Positions 62,769 to 64,000 of a stretch of 64,000 bases of DNA are shown in pieces. Position 1 is the stretch's first letter. Every line of letters starts with the position of its first letter. Origin of the DNA: Pristiophorus japonicus (Eukaryota); NCBI RefSeq assembly GCF_044704955.1, contig NC_091999.1, forward strand, positions 61,566,001-61,630,000, in the 5' to 3' direction. The notes beneath the pieces are model-generated. The model did not search any database. It was not told the origin of the DNA and saw nothing but the letters and a program-made list of their open reading frames with translations. The translations under genes and the position numbers were made by a program.

Positions 62769-63078
62769 CTGCAAAACAGGAATGAAAGTCAGGAAAAGCT
62801 GCATCTTCAGAATCCGGACACCAATTTTTAGCCTTAACTCGTTCAAGGGGGATAAATCACTTTTGAGATATCAACCTCACGCTGCTGCTTTAACACCGGC
62901 GTTATTGGAAGGACAATGTATTGGCAACGATTCCGGGAGATCTGTAACATTTCCTGTGTATTTGAAGCCAGAGCCACCTGTAATGGGCTGTGAAGCAAAT
63001 AACCGGCGTAAAACGGGAATACATTGTGGTGCTATTGTGTTAGGCACTGAAGAGCGCTCATCCTGAAATTCCTTGCTG

Positions 63079-64000
63079 CTTCAACATTCAGGAAGGATAG
63101 AATAAAAGGAAAAGGAGGTGGGGTAGCATTGCTGGTTAAGGAGGAGATTAAGGCAATAGTTAGGAAGGACATTAGCTTGGATGATGTGGAATCTATATGG
63201 GTAGAGCTGCAGAACACCAAAGGGCAAAAAACGTTAGTGGGAGTTGTGTACAGACCTCCAAACAGTAGTAGTGATGTTGGGGAGGGCATCAAACAGGAAA
63301 TTAGGGGTGCGTGCAATAAAGGTGCAGCAGTTATAATGGGTGACTTTAATATGCACATAGATTGGGCTAACCAAACTGGAAGCAATACGGTGGAGGAGGA
63401 TTTTATGGAGTGCATAAGAGATGGTTTTTTAGACCAATAAGTCGAGGAACCAACTAGCGGGGAGGCCATCTTCGACTGGGTGTTATGTAATGAGAGAGGA
63501 TTAATTAGCAATCTCGTTGTGCGAGGCCCCTTGGGGAAGAGTGACCATAATATGGTGGAATTCTGCATTGGGATGGAGAATGAAACAGTTAATTCAGAGA
63601 CCATGGTCCAGAAGTTAAAGAAGGCTAACTTTGAAGGTATGAGGCGTGAATTGGCTGGGATGGATTGGCGAATGATACTTAAGGGGTTGACTGTGGATGG
63701 GCAATGGCAGACATTTAGAGATCGCATGGATGAACTACAACAATTGTACATTCCTGTCTGGCATAAAAGTAAAAAAGGGAAGGTGGCTCAACCGTGGCTA
63801 TCAAGGGAAATCAGGGATAGTATTAAAGCCAACGATGTGGCATACAAATTGGCCAGAAATAGCAGCGAACCTGGGGACTGGGAGAAATTTAGAACTCAGC
63901 AGAGGAGGACAAAGGGTTTGATTGGGGCAGGGAAAATGGAATATGAGAAGAAGCTTGCAGGGAACATTAAGACGGATTGCAAAAGTTTCTATAGATATGT
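63079..64000 (+). mobile_element. Young CR1 (endonuclease region), runs off the window edge
   Basis: Near-identical to about 11920-12840; GDFN and SDHN motifs; in-frame stop. Confidence 0.95.

Overview
Eukaryotic, repeat-rich genomic DNA from a cartilaginous fish (shark-type IgM, CR1 LINEs, DeuSINEs, shark satellites). No intact host gene is visible; the window is largely a graveyard of immune-type genes. Two decayed IgM heavy-chain constant-region clusters lie in tandem on the minus strand about 61 kb apart. The left one has Cmu2, Cmu3 and Cmu4 (1-7975), with no recognisable V, D, J or Cmu1 upstream. The right one has Cmu3, Cmu4, the secretory tail, TM1 and TM2 (58105-62768). Between them are a P2Y-type GPCR pseudogene split by a CR1 at its DRY-equivalent motif and a two-exon GPR139-like pseudogene. 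Most notably, there is a T-cell receptor Valpha/delta-like remnant with a 23-bp-spacer RSS on the plus strand, about 3.2 kb from the IgM TM2 exon. The rest is a full-length degenerate Gypsy LTR element, many nested CR1s, RTE, L2 and Penelope fragments (with hammerhead-ribozyme cores), SINEs, minisatellites and local segmental duplications. Translations and family assignments were made by eye from recalled consensus motifs; repeat boundaries are approximate.
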